Positions 44,817 to 58,814 of a stretch of 64,000 bases of DNA are shown here, piece by piece. Location: contig NC_134032.1 in the NCBI RefSeq assembly GCF_964204645.1, positions 7,056,275 through 7,120,274 on the forward strand, in the 5' to 3' direction. Made by a program: the position numbers and the translations under genes. Source of the stretch: Tubulanus polymorphus (taxonomy: Eukaryota; Animalia; Nemertea). Within the stretch, counting starts at the first letter, position 1. The number at the start of each line of letters is the position of its first letter. The notes under the pieces are model-generated. The model searched no databases, was not told the origin of the DNA, and saw nothing but the letters and a program-made list of their open reading frames with translations.

Positions 44817-47800
44817 TGGCCATAAGGTAATGTTTTTATACCATCATCTAAAATATGCCTTTTATCATCAAATGGATTTAAACTAGTTTTTTCAATTTCA
44901 TTTATGTACATTTCATGATTTTCTGATCTTAAACAATTCATTTTGTGTTTCATTACAATTGATTTATATAAACACTTTATATAATCTTGAAATTCTATAT
45001 GTTTATCAACCACATGTTTTGTTATTCCTTTTAACTTTTTAGCTTCATGTTCTTTAGTTTTATATGAATACATTTTACTTCTTATCCCAACAAATTCAAT
45101 CATTTCATCACCTCCTAATTCATCTTTAAATTTACCAGGAATCTTTTTATTATCATTGCTAAATAGTTCATGATCTTTAGGATAATTGCTAAAATCAAAA
45201 TGATGTTTTAATGTTTTTAAGTCTTTTGTTATGTCATTTGTCTTGATTTTTAGTATGTAGGCGTCGGTATTTTTTGGATTAATGGGAACCCAGAATTGAA
45301 TGTTCCATCATCTGTTGATAAATCATAAACATAGTCAGTTGGGTTATATATTTCAAATAAATCTTTAACTTCTTCTGTTAACTCATTTTCTACATGGCTT
45401 AAATTAAAGCAATTTGGTTTAGATTTAATCAATCCAATATTCATATTAAATCCTAATGAACTGCATAATATATTCAATCCTGATATAGCAACTTTTCCTT
45501 TTTGAGCTAAAGATATTGTTTTGCGGTTTTTGAAACTTTTTGAACCATCTGCAGCATAGAATCCAATGAAGAACCATTTTCTTAAATTATTTTTTGCATT
45601 TAATACATAATCTGGAACTATCTTTTCTTTTGTTGAAGTATTACTTTTCACTATTGCATGAATATAGAATTCATCATTATATTCTATAGCAAAATCTTTA
45701 GGATTATTTACAAGTATTCTATAAACTGCTGTTGATTTCATAACATCCATGATTCTAAATGTTTTATGTGAATAAACTTCTTCACAGAATTTCTTAATTC
45801 TTTCTAATAATTTTAAGTCTTGATTGCATAAATACCAACAATATTTAGTTCCACTAACATAATTATACACACCTGCTGAACCATCGCCCATGAAAAATCC
45901 TTTGATAAAATATTCTTTTTCTTCCAATGTTTCGGGTTCTATATTATAAATATTATCAATTATTTCATCAAATGACATATGATTCATTCTTGGGTAAAAT
46001 CTTTTATGTAATAATTCATCTCCAATTTTTATATCAGTTGGTTTTATTTCATCACCATTTTGTTTAATTAAACTATGATCTTCAGTAACATCAACAAATC
46101 CTAATTCAGTTCTAACTCTATAGATTTTCTTATTTGTTTTATGTCTAATAATATTCTTTAATTTTTTCCATCCATTTCTTGTCCAAACATCCATTAATCC
46201 ATTTATTTGTATTAATTCTTTTTCACCGTATGAAATATAACATTCATTTTGTTTTGGAATTATTTCTGAAATTCTTCTTACCAATATTTTATCATTACAT
46301 TTTAATAATATTGGGGTGTCAGCTGTTACAGAATCAAAATATAATATTTCTATATGTTTTTCTCCAAAAAGTGGTTGTAAAACATTATAATAAAAATCAT
46401 ACATTAATAATTTTGATACTTCTAAAACAGTCGAACCAATAAATATAGGTTTATTAAATTTCATTGATGTTCTTTTTAATTTAACTGCTGTTAAATAATC
46501 TTCAAATCTTTTATTTCCTAAATGTCTAGGACTTGATTGTAAATGTCTTAATCTTTCAGAATTATTTACTAATTCAATATCATTTCTATTTCTAATATTT
46601 TCACATGTTTTACCATAAAAACTATTGTTCATTAATTTAAAGAAATCTTTTTCAAAATCTGTTTTTGATATGGTTCTCTGTTGAGTATTGAAATCTATAT
46701 ATTTTTCTAACCACTTCGATTGATTAAATTCAATATATCTATGTACTTTCTTTAATTTCATTCCTTGTTTTAGATAAAATTTTAACATTCTATAATGAAC
46801 AATATAATTGTATTTATTATTTTGAGTAAGTATTAATTTTTCCGTAAAAACATGATCTTTCGGTTTTACTTTCTTCTGGTATTCACTTAAATAACTATCA
46901 TCTACAACTAAATGTTCAGGGCAATAAGGTAAATTTCTTGTTTTAAACTTTATGTTATCAGGATATTCCAAATCAACTACAAAGAAATAACCAATTGGTG
47001 CTTCATCTTTTAAACTCGTAATTGCGCTTTCCCAGTCAGTTTTATCATCATTTTCAACTTCAGTTAATATAAAATTTTTGTATGGTTGAGGTTGCATCAT
47101 TGCCCAACCATATAAATTATTGGCGTCAATATATAATAATTTATATTCATCATTTGCTTTAAAATACCTATCTCCCATAACACCACTAATTCCACCTCTA
47201 ATTGATTTTTCAAATAATAAAACCATATCTGGTTCTTTTAATAAATCTAATTCTACATTTGTATATTTTAAACCACATTGCCAGGTTAAACCAGGACTTG
47301 AACAACAATAACAAGGGTCAACATTAAAATGGTTTAGATTAACTTCTCTAAACTTTTCAAATATATCTGCCAATATCATAACATCTGATTTTAAATATAA
47401 ATCAACTAATTCACCATGATTTTTCATATTAAAATGGTTCCAAATATTTAATGTTCTATTAAAAACTTCGTCTTTCACATACTCCTCTTTTAATTGATCA
47501 TAAAATTGATCTTTTAATAATTCTGTTACATTAAAATCATCATGTGTTTTATAAAATGAATAAGGAATTGCGCCTTTATATCTCAATAATTTAAAATCTT
47601 GTTCATTTGGATAATAATATCGAGTTATAATAAAATCATTATCAACTAATGATTTTGATAAATTATCTAATGAACTTGCTAGAAATCTATAAGAATCTAA
47701 AAATCTAATGCAACCAAATTGAAATGAAATATAATTTTCAGATGTTTTAGCTAATAGTTTAAAATCATATTTTCTTACATTTGCTTCATTCATAGCATTA

Positions 47801-49872
47801 TATTCTTCTATTTCTTGATTAATTGCACCCAATTTTCCCGATAATTGTTTTATAAATAGATGGGTATCATATCCTGATAAATTATGAAATAATATTGGTA
47901 CGAAATTTACTTTTTTAGCTTGTAAATTGCAATCTTCATGAGCAGCTCCACGATATTTTGAATTCAAATGATCATGATCTCTAACTCTTTTATCAAATGA
48001 ATAAAAACGTTTTTCACAATAACAACAATGAGTTGCATAATTAAAATCAATTTCATCTTCTTTTGTCATAACTATTCTTTTATTTTTGTTTAATAATTTT
48101 GCAAAATCACTTTCTAATTCAATAATTTTGTTATAAAAATCATTAACTACATTTTCACCTCTAAAAGAAATATATTGACTTTCATATAATTCGGGATAAT
48201 TTGATTTGATGTAAATTCCATAAGCAGCAGCTCTTTGATGAACTTTTTTAATTGTATTTATAATTGGTGGGTCTTGAATTATATCTTCATTTAATTCATT
48301 TCCTTTATCCATTGATTTTAATAATTGCTTTTTGTTATATATTTCTTTTCTATCTTGATCAGTTAATTCTTTATTCAACGATTCAAAATCCCCATAAATT
48401 ACAAATGGAACAATATTTTTAAATTTATGATTAGTAAATTTCAATTTATAATCTTTTTCTGCTGGCATTATTAATTTACAAAAATCTTTAATATCACATA
48501 ATTCTTTATGTTTTAGTAACGCATTCTCAGTTCTAAATTTAGATAAACATTTTCTACATAGATAAATTTTACGATGATGATCACTTTCTGTTGTTCTAAA
48601 GAATAAATCAATTTGTTTTAACCACATATAATGTTCATTTTCATCTTTTTTGTAATATAACAAATCTATAGCATTTTCATCGTCATAATATTCTGTTAAA
48701 TATAAAGCTTCCAATGTATAATCTTTAATATTTTCACCTTTTGTCTTTGGTAATTGCATTAATTCAAATACATTTATTTTTAAATTATTAATTTTTTCTA
48801 TTTTAGGAATCATTTTTATAGTTACTGGATATTGATCAATTTTATATAATGTTTCATATTTCCGATAATCTGTTATTCTACAAACATTTTCCTGCGTTGG
48901 ATGTAAGCAACTAATAATTGACCATAGAAAACATTTATTATCTTCATTTTGAATATTTATTACTGCTTTTGTTATAAATGGTAATTTAATATAAGATGAT
49001 GCTTTAATATCCTTTTCTGTTGTAAAGTTTGAATCATTTTTAAACATTTTATTACTTTTTGATGTTTTATTCCTTTTTGTATTATAAACATTTAAATCTA
49101 AATATATAATTTCATTCAATGTTAAGCCAGAACCCTCAAAATATCTTTCTTCAATATAACGTTTAAATTCATTTAATATTTTTTCTAACTTCTCTTTTAT
49201 TTGTGTTTTTGAAATTATTTCTTCAGAGAGTGTTTGAATATTATAATCCATTTTTTCTTCTGACTTTATAAAACTTACTTTCCCAGAGATACTAATTTTT
49301 GGATATTCAACATCTGTTATCAAATCTAGTAATTTTTCTATTATTTCATTAAATTTACTATAATCTTCTATTGTTGTACCTTTAAAAAATCTAAATATAA
49401 TAGCTGCAGGACCAATTTTACTATGTAATGTTTCTAAGATTTCAATTGTATCTTTTATTTCTAGTGAATCAATATAATTTCTAACATTTTCCATGTAAGG
49501 TTTATTTGAAATGGATTTAGTTTTTGAAGTTGATTCTTTTACTTGTTGAGGTTTATTATCAAAATATTCTAATCCTAAAACATTTTTATTTAAATTTTTA
49601 TAATGTTTTTGTGATTCGAGATGTCTATTATAATTCCTTTTTACTATAAATTCATTACAAACTTCACATTTTATTTCATCCACATTCATATTTTCTAATC
49701 GTTCTTTTCTTTCATTGGAATTTTCTGGAGTTTCAATATCTATTACATTTTTTATATGATTTAAAGACTTTTCATGACGCGATTTTTGAGATTTATCAAT
49801 GTATTTTTTACAATATGGACAATGATATTGATTTTCATTAACATCAATTTGTTCTGTCTTATTCTCTTCCAT
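44813..49872 (-). CDS. polB: Protein-primed DNA polymerase B with intein; one-base frameshift at 45270-45275
   Basis: N-terminal zinc fingers, OTU-like DNKCFLWS...EHY, EndoVII-like RDHDH...AHEDCN, exonuclease and polymerase motifs; adding one A joins the 1540-aa ORF to 44813..45103. Confidence 0.95.
45269..46332 (-). mobile_element. Intein with LAGLIDADG homing endonuclease (~355 aa)
   Basis: YFD|SVTADTPI...VTEDHSL...FIKGFFMGDGS...FFIGFYAADGS...VYDLSTDDGTF...QKN|TD; absent from the A pPolB. Confidence 0.93.
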
Positions 49873-50212
49873 TTATAAGGAAAAAAAATTACTTGTGGTG
49901 ATGAGTGGGGATTACTTCCCCTTGTATATAACAAACACGCTATTAACCGTTCTCACCCAAGCCTCACAGCATCTATTTGTCCGGGTACAGTTGACACGCA
50001 ATCACTGTACTACTACAGTAATAGCACACGCGTTAATAACCGTTCTCAGTAGAGACTCACTGTATCGATCTATCCACGCGCAGCTGTTGTTACGCGCACT
50101 CACTGTTTATGTGTGTCACAGAGCAATCGTCCGTTCTCACTAGAGCCTAGCTGTGATGAGTGGTGTCTCGACCTCTCGACCTCTGATCTGAAACCCCACT
50201 TTTCTAATTACT
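49869..50212 (-). repeat. Right TIR of B
   Basis: Inverted match to 33208-33551; includes the pPolB ATG. Confidence 0.95.
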
Positions 50213-51383
50213 CATTTAGTATATTCTATTGTCATTTTATCATTTATTTGTACTATTAAAAAGCCAAGCGGCGAAGGCTCGTAGTTTTGATGCGAGGTCA
50301 ACCCTCATTTGGTTTCAATAGCTGGTCCTCTGATCAGAAAACATCAAAACACTGAATATGAAAATGACATTTAGTATTTTACAATACGGCACTTCGCATT
50401 TGCCTCGGGTGCAGATTGGCAAATAGATCGAACACTTTTTCTGGGAAAATATATCCCCCCATTGGCAAAATTACGGACCCGACTTTCGCACCCAACGCAG
50501 CCCCTGGCTACGGGGTTACGTAAATTTGAGTGTAATCATGGAAAAGGTGATTTTCTTGTGCTTCAGTCGTTCGGACCTTGGTTCACAAAGACTACTCCAG
50601 CTGATAGGGTTTGATTGATATTTTCGATCACTTCGTTCATATCTTTCTTCTAATCCAGAGATATGAACGAAATGAAGGGATAAAACTGGAAATGATATGG
50701 AGAAAAATTTCAACAACGTGCCTGGGTAAAAAGGTTTTGTAGCCGACCAATATGGCTATGTGGTGTAAAGCTTTAAAGTTAGTGGATTACATGTGGTTGT
50801 TTACTTAGGACGCTAGGTTTTTATGCGAAATATATTCATTTTCTTGATTTGGGGAAAGTTCGGTGATAAGTCCAACCCTTGATAGAACGCGTACAGAACG
50901 ATTTTAGCCCATTTTCAACACTGAATAAGCTTTTCTGTTCGACTTCTTGTGAATTTTATCTAGTGGAGGTATATAAAATGTGTATTTTAATGATTTCTTT
51001 TTCGAGTATCGATTCCTTTTCTGAAGACATAGCAGCGATCTTATACACAGAATGATTAATGAAAAAATGATTCTCCAAAAAGTTCATCGAGCAGCAATCT
51101 CCCGCATTACATCCAACAACCCCCTTGATTTTGACGATTTTACTCTACTGTAAATTCTATCAATTATCTTAACTGGGTCAAGGAAGTGTAAGTTTCCGGA
51201 CTAGGTCAACTACGTACGTACCATCTGTTTGGCCGGAGTCTGAATGCGCGCAATTTATTTCGAGAAGTCGCACGAAGCAAAATCGGGTAGCAACTTTACT
51301 TTAGAACTAAGGTCTAATAATCTATCGAGATGTGTAGCAAAAGTGATTCAAATGGATGGACATTTTTGTATGCTTCAGTTTAA

Positions 51384-52600
51384 GAAGTCGACTTTTCGAG
51401 TTAGTAAGTCGACTTTTCGAATTAAAAAAGTCGACTTTTCGAGTTAATAAGTCGACTTTTCGAGTTAATAAGTCGACTTTTCGAGTAAATAGGTCGACTT
51501 TTCGAGTTTAAGAAGTCGACTTTTCGACTTTAAAAAGTCGACTTTTCGTACGTCCGCCGGCAGTGATGTGATAGTTGTTCGACCCAATATATTGCTGACC
51601 TATAGCTGACCTAATTTCAATAAAGAGACGCATACTTAAGGCCCAATAGTAAAACGGGAGGGGGAGGGGGTTCAGGCAGAAATCTCAAGGAGTATGTGGC
51701 CCCTAAAGCCCTGTGATGTGCCAACTATCTGGAAAATTAAATTGAATATGTAACCATTTGTATTTGCATATGAAGTGCTGAAAAATTACACTTGCTTGAA
51801 ATTGAATGTAGGAATAATGGAGAACACCCTTAATGCCCTTAGACCTCCCTGTATCTTGTAATTCGATGAGGTATCCCTCAGTTTTCTATGAACCGGAATT
51901 AGGTCAGCGATCTCAATATATCAATATGAATAAGTATACTTCATCAATTTTACAATGTCGTGATATTGATGTCGACTTTTTGCGATATTGTCTCAATAAA
52001 TTGACGTGCATTTTAAGGTTAACTCGTGATAATTTTGTCGATGGTACGGTCAGGTCGAGATACAGTATATCGACATAAGTTAAAGTCGTGATCCGTATCA
52101 CGATTTACCGTGATAGGTTTTTGCGATAAGACGACATTATCGCTACGTATCAACTTAATCATGTCGATAAATCGCTATATATCTCGTTTTTTCGACATAA
52201 TTTCGTCGTGATAAAGGCTCGCGACGGTTTTGTACGAGTCCCAAAAAGTGACAGTCGAAAAGTCGACTTTTTAAAGTCGAATAGTCGACTTACTTTTTAA
52301 ACTCGAAAAGTCGACTTTTTAAAGTCGAAAAGTCGACTTTTTAAACTCGAAAAGGCGACTTACTTACTAGAAAAGTCGACTTTTTAAAGTCGAAAAGTCG
52401 ACTTAATAACTCGAAAAGTCGACTTTTTAAACTGAAAATAAAATGTTGTTGGCCGCATTGCTCTTCCGTACATAACAGCCAGACTTGAATAATTTTTGTA
52501 TAAACCGTCCGCAGAAAAGTTAACATGCAGTTTAAACATATATACGTAACGTAAGTTATTCGACATAATAAGTCGACTTTTCGACTTCAAAAAGTCGATT
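51384..52600. repeat. Arrays of palindromic AAGTCGACTT units in inverted orientation (foldback/MITE-like)
   Basis: AAGTCGACTTTTCGA array at 51384-51548; inverted array at 52255-52427; further copies near 52570. Confidence 0.75.
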
Positions 52601-53725
52601 TTATAAGCACGTGGTTACCGGGTCAGGGTGTCAGGGAAAGGTCCACATGCGCGCTACTACAGAGACAGACACACGTGAGTGCATCCGCGGACTGAAGTTA
52701 AAGGAAATGTAAGTACATAATCTTTTGAAAACGAGCCATTTTTTGCTAACATCATTGTTATATCCCATAGAACGCACTTCGCGTTGACCAAACAATTCAA
52801 ACTCGAACGGAACGGCCCTGGTAATTGGTGTTCGTTGGTCCATCTCATTTGATTAGTCGACGAATGTTTTAACTGTGGCTAATTATTTTCTTTCGTGGGC
52901 TTGGATTTTATAGGAAGGCCTATGATTAGTTCACTTTGCTACCGCATAGCTCCTTATGCTGGACTTACTCTTACTGCGTAGAATAATGACGGGCATATAT
53001 TGATTCTCATCAGCACCCCGCTCCGTAATGCGGCGGCCTGGGGTTTTCTTTGTAATATTTTAGAATAAAATATTATAAAGCTACCACAGTCCAAAGTCAT
53101 CCGCCCACTGCACAACATGTAAACAGTTGAAACATAGTCTTAATCGCTAAACATACAGATACAGGCTATATTACAATAGGCCTAATTCAATAATACAGAT
53201 ACGGTGCCTTGTATTCACGAGTTCACGATTTCCACCATATGTCAACCCATTTTCGTTTCGAGACAAGCGGTTTCGGTTAAACTAAACAATCTCAACGTCA
53301 CCGGGTCGATTTTAGGTAAATGGAGTCTTTTTATTATCATAAATCATCACGCCATTCATCGTAATAGATAATAAGTACCGGTAGAGTATGAAATACAACC
53401 CCCTCTTCGAAGATTTTTTCACATCTTTTGATGAGTATGAAGTGGTTGATTTCATATGGCAAATTCCAGAGTCTTTGAATAATAAATTCAGCAATTTACA
53501 AAGGGATCTAGGGTAGGTCCTTGATATGGACCCCTTTGTGCGGTAATCTAATTTTTCTGGGTTCGCCCCCATTTTTACCATACCCTAACAGGTTATTCAA
53601 CCATTATGCGCTTGCGTAATGAAAACTGATTTAAAACATAAGAACGCTATGGCCCAAGTGTGCATACTTTTTTAACTTACGTCTCTGAAACATTTCCACC
53701 TACTTAATACTTTATATTTTTAGCT

Positions 53726-55976
53726 ATGGACAAGTTTTTGCGAGGTAGAGGTGTGGAAACACGTCCACTTGAAGAAGAAAAGGTATTATTCTTGATTCAA
53801 CTCATTCGTCTCCAGCGACTGGGAGAGAAAATTACTTGTAAATCGTTCAAAAATTTGATTAATCTTTCGAACGATTCATCTGTTGACACAAAAACAATAA
53901 TTGGTTAGTAGGGTAGAATTGCCGACCGTTCGATAATTTACAATGTGTATCCCTGTAACCTTTTATCGAAATGGTCTGATATTTTATGTCTTGCAGTTCA
54001 ACCAGGATTCGTGAAGTTCCTGCTTTACGGTTGTCGATTGTCTAATTATCATACAATGCTTGTTTTTATAGATTGATGAGGTTGCTGTTAATTCTATGAC
54101 GGATGATGAGCTGAAGATTTTCGTTCCCAAGTATGGCGACAGAATTGCATTGCGATCGTTTCTAAGAAAAAACAAGTCACTGAACAGCGAGAAAAAAATT
54201 AGCCTTTTAGAGAAACTCAAACATAATCTGAACAGTAGAAAAGACGAATCAACATCTCAGAAGGAATCCGAGGTTGCAGAGAGCAACAACACGCATGATT
54301 CAAAAACTATAGAATTAGGATTATTGTTATTTGATTCAAAAAAGAAATTATTTAAACAAGTGAGAGCCACAAAAGGCGGGGGAATTCGATATCCCAAACT
54401 TTCTAAAACGGCGAAAAAGAAAGATATACTAGATGTTGCCATTAACGTTTTCTTTACTCCAGGAACTCCACTTGGTGAGAAAAAGGAATATTTTTGTGAA
54501 ATTACAGATTTCAAGCAAGTCGTATTGGATGATGAAAACATAACTATCGGAGAAATCGAGAAATCTACAGAAATTAAGAAGCTGCGGTTCTATCTGGCAA
54601 TTTCAAAAATTGAGAAATCCCCTGAATTTGAGGCTGCTAGTAAAGACACACCTCAGGGTGATAACATTTTTTCAGCATCGGCCTCAGTCCAGGACACTAT
54701 GTGTCATGATCATCCGGTAGCTTCAACATCGCATGAACACACTGAGACAGGCACGTACTATGAAGAGCCAGTCGCATCAGTATTAAGCAAGGATCCTACG
54801 TCGATGAGCCCAGTCTTTGGACATCAAATAGCATCTACATCACAAGAGGACCCTGTGACAGAAACATACTTTGGCGATCTGGTTGTGTCAACATCGGAAG
54901 GAAATCATCATGTATACTTTGAAGATTCCAGTGGCGAAATCCAGTTTCTGAGTAATCATATGCCCACGGAGAGCGTTATCAGACTTCACCGTGGACACAT
55001 TTTTCTAGAACTTATTCAAAACTTCCTAACCATCGCCATCCATGGCCGTCTGAAATTTGAACTGATAATGCCTAATGGAGAGAAGGAGGTTGCTGAGGAC
55101 AATGTGGGAGTTGCGCGCGATGTGCATCAGTGAATTTTGGAAAACGTTTTATGAAAAGTGTACTATGGGCGACAGAGTTAAGGTGCCAGTTTTAAGACAC
55201 GATATAACCCACAGTAACTGGTATTCCATCGGGAAAATTATAGCCTTCGGATGGAGAGAACATTTCTTTTTACCAATCGAAATTGCACGTTCGTTTTTCG
55301 AGTTATGTTTCTTGGGAAACGAGGCGGCGATACTGAACGACATGGTCGTAAATGATTTTCTGCACAATTTGCCGCTTGCAGACAGAGAATTACTCGTACA
55401 AGCTCAAAATGGTGGATTTGACGCCGATGAAGTGACCGAGGTCTTAACCAGCTATGATCTCAAAACAATCCCAACGGTTGAAAATATAAATCGTCTGATC
55501 CAAGAGCTCGCGAGAAAAAAAGGTTTTGCATGAGCCCAGTTTTGTCAAGGACTGCTGGGTAGAAGCGTGGTGTGACAGTCAGTTTGACATGAATATGGAT
55601 TTGGAAGACATGCACAGTAAGCTTTCCTTATAACCAAAAAAGGTCTTGGACATTTTGGACTTTGGCGAATTGTCTGCGAAAGAGGAGAAAATTGCTAAAT
55701 TTCTGAAAAGATTTATCAAAGGCTTAAACTCAGACATCTTGGAAAAATTCATGCGATTCTGTACTGGGTCGGGTGTAATGGGTCTCGATGTTGACGGAAC
55801 GTACTTCCAAGATAAGCATACGGTTCACGAATCTGACCGGGGCTAGTCGTCGCCCGATAGGTCATACATGCGGTCGAGTATTGGAACTTCCGCGCGAGTA
55901 TGATGACTTCATAGATTTTAGGTCGGAGTTCATGGCAATACTTACATCTAACGTATGGGTAATGGATTTTGCATAA
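53726..55976 (+). pseudogene. SAM-like plus HECT-domain protein, spliced and frameshifted
   Basis: Exon 53726-53782 splices in frame to 54072; AEDNVGVARD, FMRFCTGS and RPIGHTCGRVLELP (HECT catalytic Cys) lie in successive frames. Confidence 0.75.
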
Positions 55977-57256
55977 TGTAACTGATTTTATCAAGGTCTT
56001 AAGTCTCCCGGGTGTTTTGAACATTTGTAGTGATAAGGAATCACTCTTTTATTCGCCTCCTAAGGGTTGAATATTTCATTTTTATTTGTTTTACACGGAT
56101 GCGTATAACGCCCACTAGTTAACACTTTATCTGATATCAAGTAACCAATTCAGATCGTCATGAATCAAATTTTAGTACAATTTAAATTAAGTCATCGAAT
56201 GAAATTGCTTATTTGATATGACAAAAAGTGGTAACTTTTCCCGCTTCCTTTTTAAGTTGAGCGTAACAAGCAATTACTGCAATTGCCGCTTATGGCAAAT
56301 AGTTTTACCTCGTTATACTTGTTGAACGTCGAAAAAGGTTCGAAGATCATCTCGATTTTATTAGACTTTAATTTTGAAAGTGAAATTTTATCAAGTTGCA
56401 TAATTTTTCAAAATGTATGTATTATGGATTATCCAAATACGACAAACATGTGCTTGAGAAATCAGTTAATGTGAGCAGGAGCATTTTGATTTAAGATAAC
56501 AATAAATAATAATTTTCTGAAGAATCAGCTTGAGATTCTGACTTAATCTAATCGTGTCTTACAGCGGTAAATAACTATTTGCAGCGTAAATAATTGATAA
56601 TGAGGTTTTAAACTGCTTAATTTCAGTTTTATATCAATCTGTTATAATAAAAAAAAAATTCTGTTCTCATTAACTGCCTTTGTAAGATTTTCTCGCCGTC
56701 TCAAAACTCTTTCCAAATGAATGAAGCGAAGTTACCCCTCTTGACTCGGTGCTCTTGTGGATTCTCATGACCACCCTTCAATTTATTGGATAATGTGCTG
56801 AACAAGACAGCGTACCTGATACTAAGCGTAGTCTTTTTTCAAGCAATATCTCACATCCTAACATCGAGAACTGCATATCTTACATTCGAGGTTAGTCGTG
56901 TACAATGACGTCATACACGCGAATTGTAAAATAAACGTGAATTTCCGTTTCACACGAGCTAGAAATTGCTGGCTGAAAACCGCTCGTGAAAATGTTTGCC
57001 GCAGCGTCTTCCAGCTCTGCCACCAAAAACGCTAGTGAAAACGGTCAAATTGCGGTAGCGGTTTCCAGCCGGCACGTGGAACCAGCTACATGAAAATGCA
57101 TGCCGCTGAAGTTGTTTTCACGTAGCTGGAAAAAGCCGCAGAAAAAGCTAGCTGGAAACTGCTCGTGAAAACCAGGCTTTTTAGGGAAGTTAGCTCGTGT
57201 CTGTTGCCATAGAACAACAATGAACGTAACTCAACAGTATATTCCTACACTACACT

Positions 57257-57897
57257 TTATTTAGTGATAATTTGTGCCAAAAATGTATGAAAACACTTAA
57301 AGAGTGCAGACCAAGCCTCCAAGTCGTCAGTGATTTTGTTACGCAGTGTAATATATAGGTCACAGATATCATAAGGATCATCCAGGAAATCCCATCCCAT
57401 TTCATCCATGATATTAACGCATAGCTGACAGAAGTCTTCGTCACATGGAATTCCAGTCTTAGCAACAATTTCTTGGTGGGAAATCTGAATTTTCTGTTGG
57501 TTGACTTCTTTCATGTCATCACGAAAACCATGCAGCTCTGGATGCACATACATCATGATTGGGCGTCCTGTCGGCATGTCTATTCTTTGCTTCCTTATCT
57601 TGTGACGATTCCAAACATTCACCACCTGATCGAGATCGTGCTGAAGAAGAGAAGTTTTTGAGTTATATGGCCACATAATTCATAACCATGACTATATTAA
57701 CATGATCTGAACCATATATCGATGTAGATTACAAGCTGCCAAAATGTATCGAATCGTAACACTTTCGGTACCTTGTATTCAACAAAACCATTAAACAGAG
57801 ATATACAAAGAAACCATTTGAGAGAAGATATTCCTACCTGAATTACATGCATGAAACAAAACTGCAGAAGATTCTTATCTAGAAAGTCACCAGTGTA
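57257..57897 (-). pseudogene. C-terminal exons of an integrase-core DDE transposase
   Basis: GDFLDKNLLQFCFMHVIQ, GT-AG intron, then HDLDQVVNVWNRHKIRKQ...PTGRP. Confidence 0.6.
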
Positions 57898-58814
57898 ATA
57901 GCACAGGGGTTTGGCGATGGGCTTGGATCGTGTTTTCTATGTGGTTGCTTGGATCGAGAAATCGAAAAAATTGAATATTTCCTTTACTCACGAACGCTGC
58001 TCATCACAAACCCGGAAATGATTAGCGGAAGTATGTGGCAGTGTTGCGTCGAAATTTTACCGCAGGTGCTGTAACATAATTTTCGTTTTTCATGAGTTGA
58101 TCGCTGATAATCGTAATATACACTGAGAAAAATATGAAATGTTTTTCTAAAATACTACCTATCCATTATCAAACATTCATATATTATCAGTCGCGTCTGA
58201 CTATATAAAATCACAAGGGATGAAACGCCTTCAGAGTTGTGCCAGCCAGAAAGTTGGGACAGTCACGTGACTAACGCTTCTAATTTGCATATCACTGACT
58301 GAATGCGAACCTTTTGTCATCACCGTCGGCGAGATGATGCTCAAGAATTCTGGGGTTTTCAATAGGAATTCAACGGGTGACCAGGCTCGCTGCTGTAAGC
58401 TGACCAAAATGTAGCTGTTTGAAGGAGGGGATTTCAAGGAAAATATCGGTGTTTTACCCTACCATCTGTTTATTAAACTCGAAATTTGCATTGAGATAAG
58501 CACGTAAATAATCCGTGGGTATATTTAATCACTTCATTTTAGGCCGTTTTGATGTGATATTTGCATTTTTTTGCGCTTTTGTACAGCGCGGCATGACGGC
58601 ATGGCGCCGGTCATTTTCTTTTCAAAAGTTTCAATGTGTCTGGCCGGGATGCATGAGTGCTCATTTGTTCTGTGCTGATTGTTATCTGCATTTGCAATCT
58701 CACTGACTGACTCCGAATCAAAGTTTACTTTCCATTTTTGCCTGGTTTTAAACACCACTGACCCTTATAACCACCCCTGTGCTTTTTAGCTAGGTTGTTC
58801 ATTGCATCATTCAT

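Larger units (their letters stand above)
33208..50212. mobile_element. Full-length Polinton/Maverick (adintovirus-like) element B, 17005 bp
   Basis: AGTAATTAG...CTAATTACT termini; TSD CATTTA (33202-33207, 50213-50218); 344-bp TIRs; integrase, ATPase, capsid proteins and pPolB. Confidence 0.97.

Noticed and set aside
51244-52590. Short ORFs with KSTF/SRL repeats
   Set aside because: Translations of the AAGTCGACTT arrays
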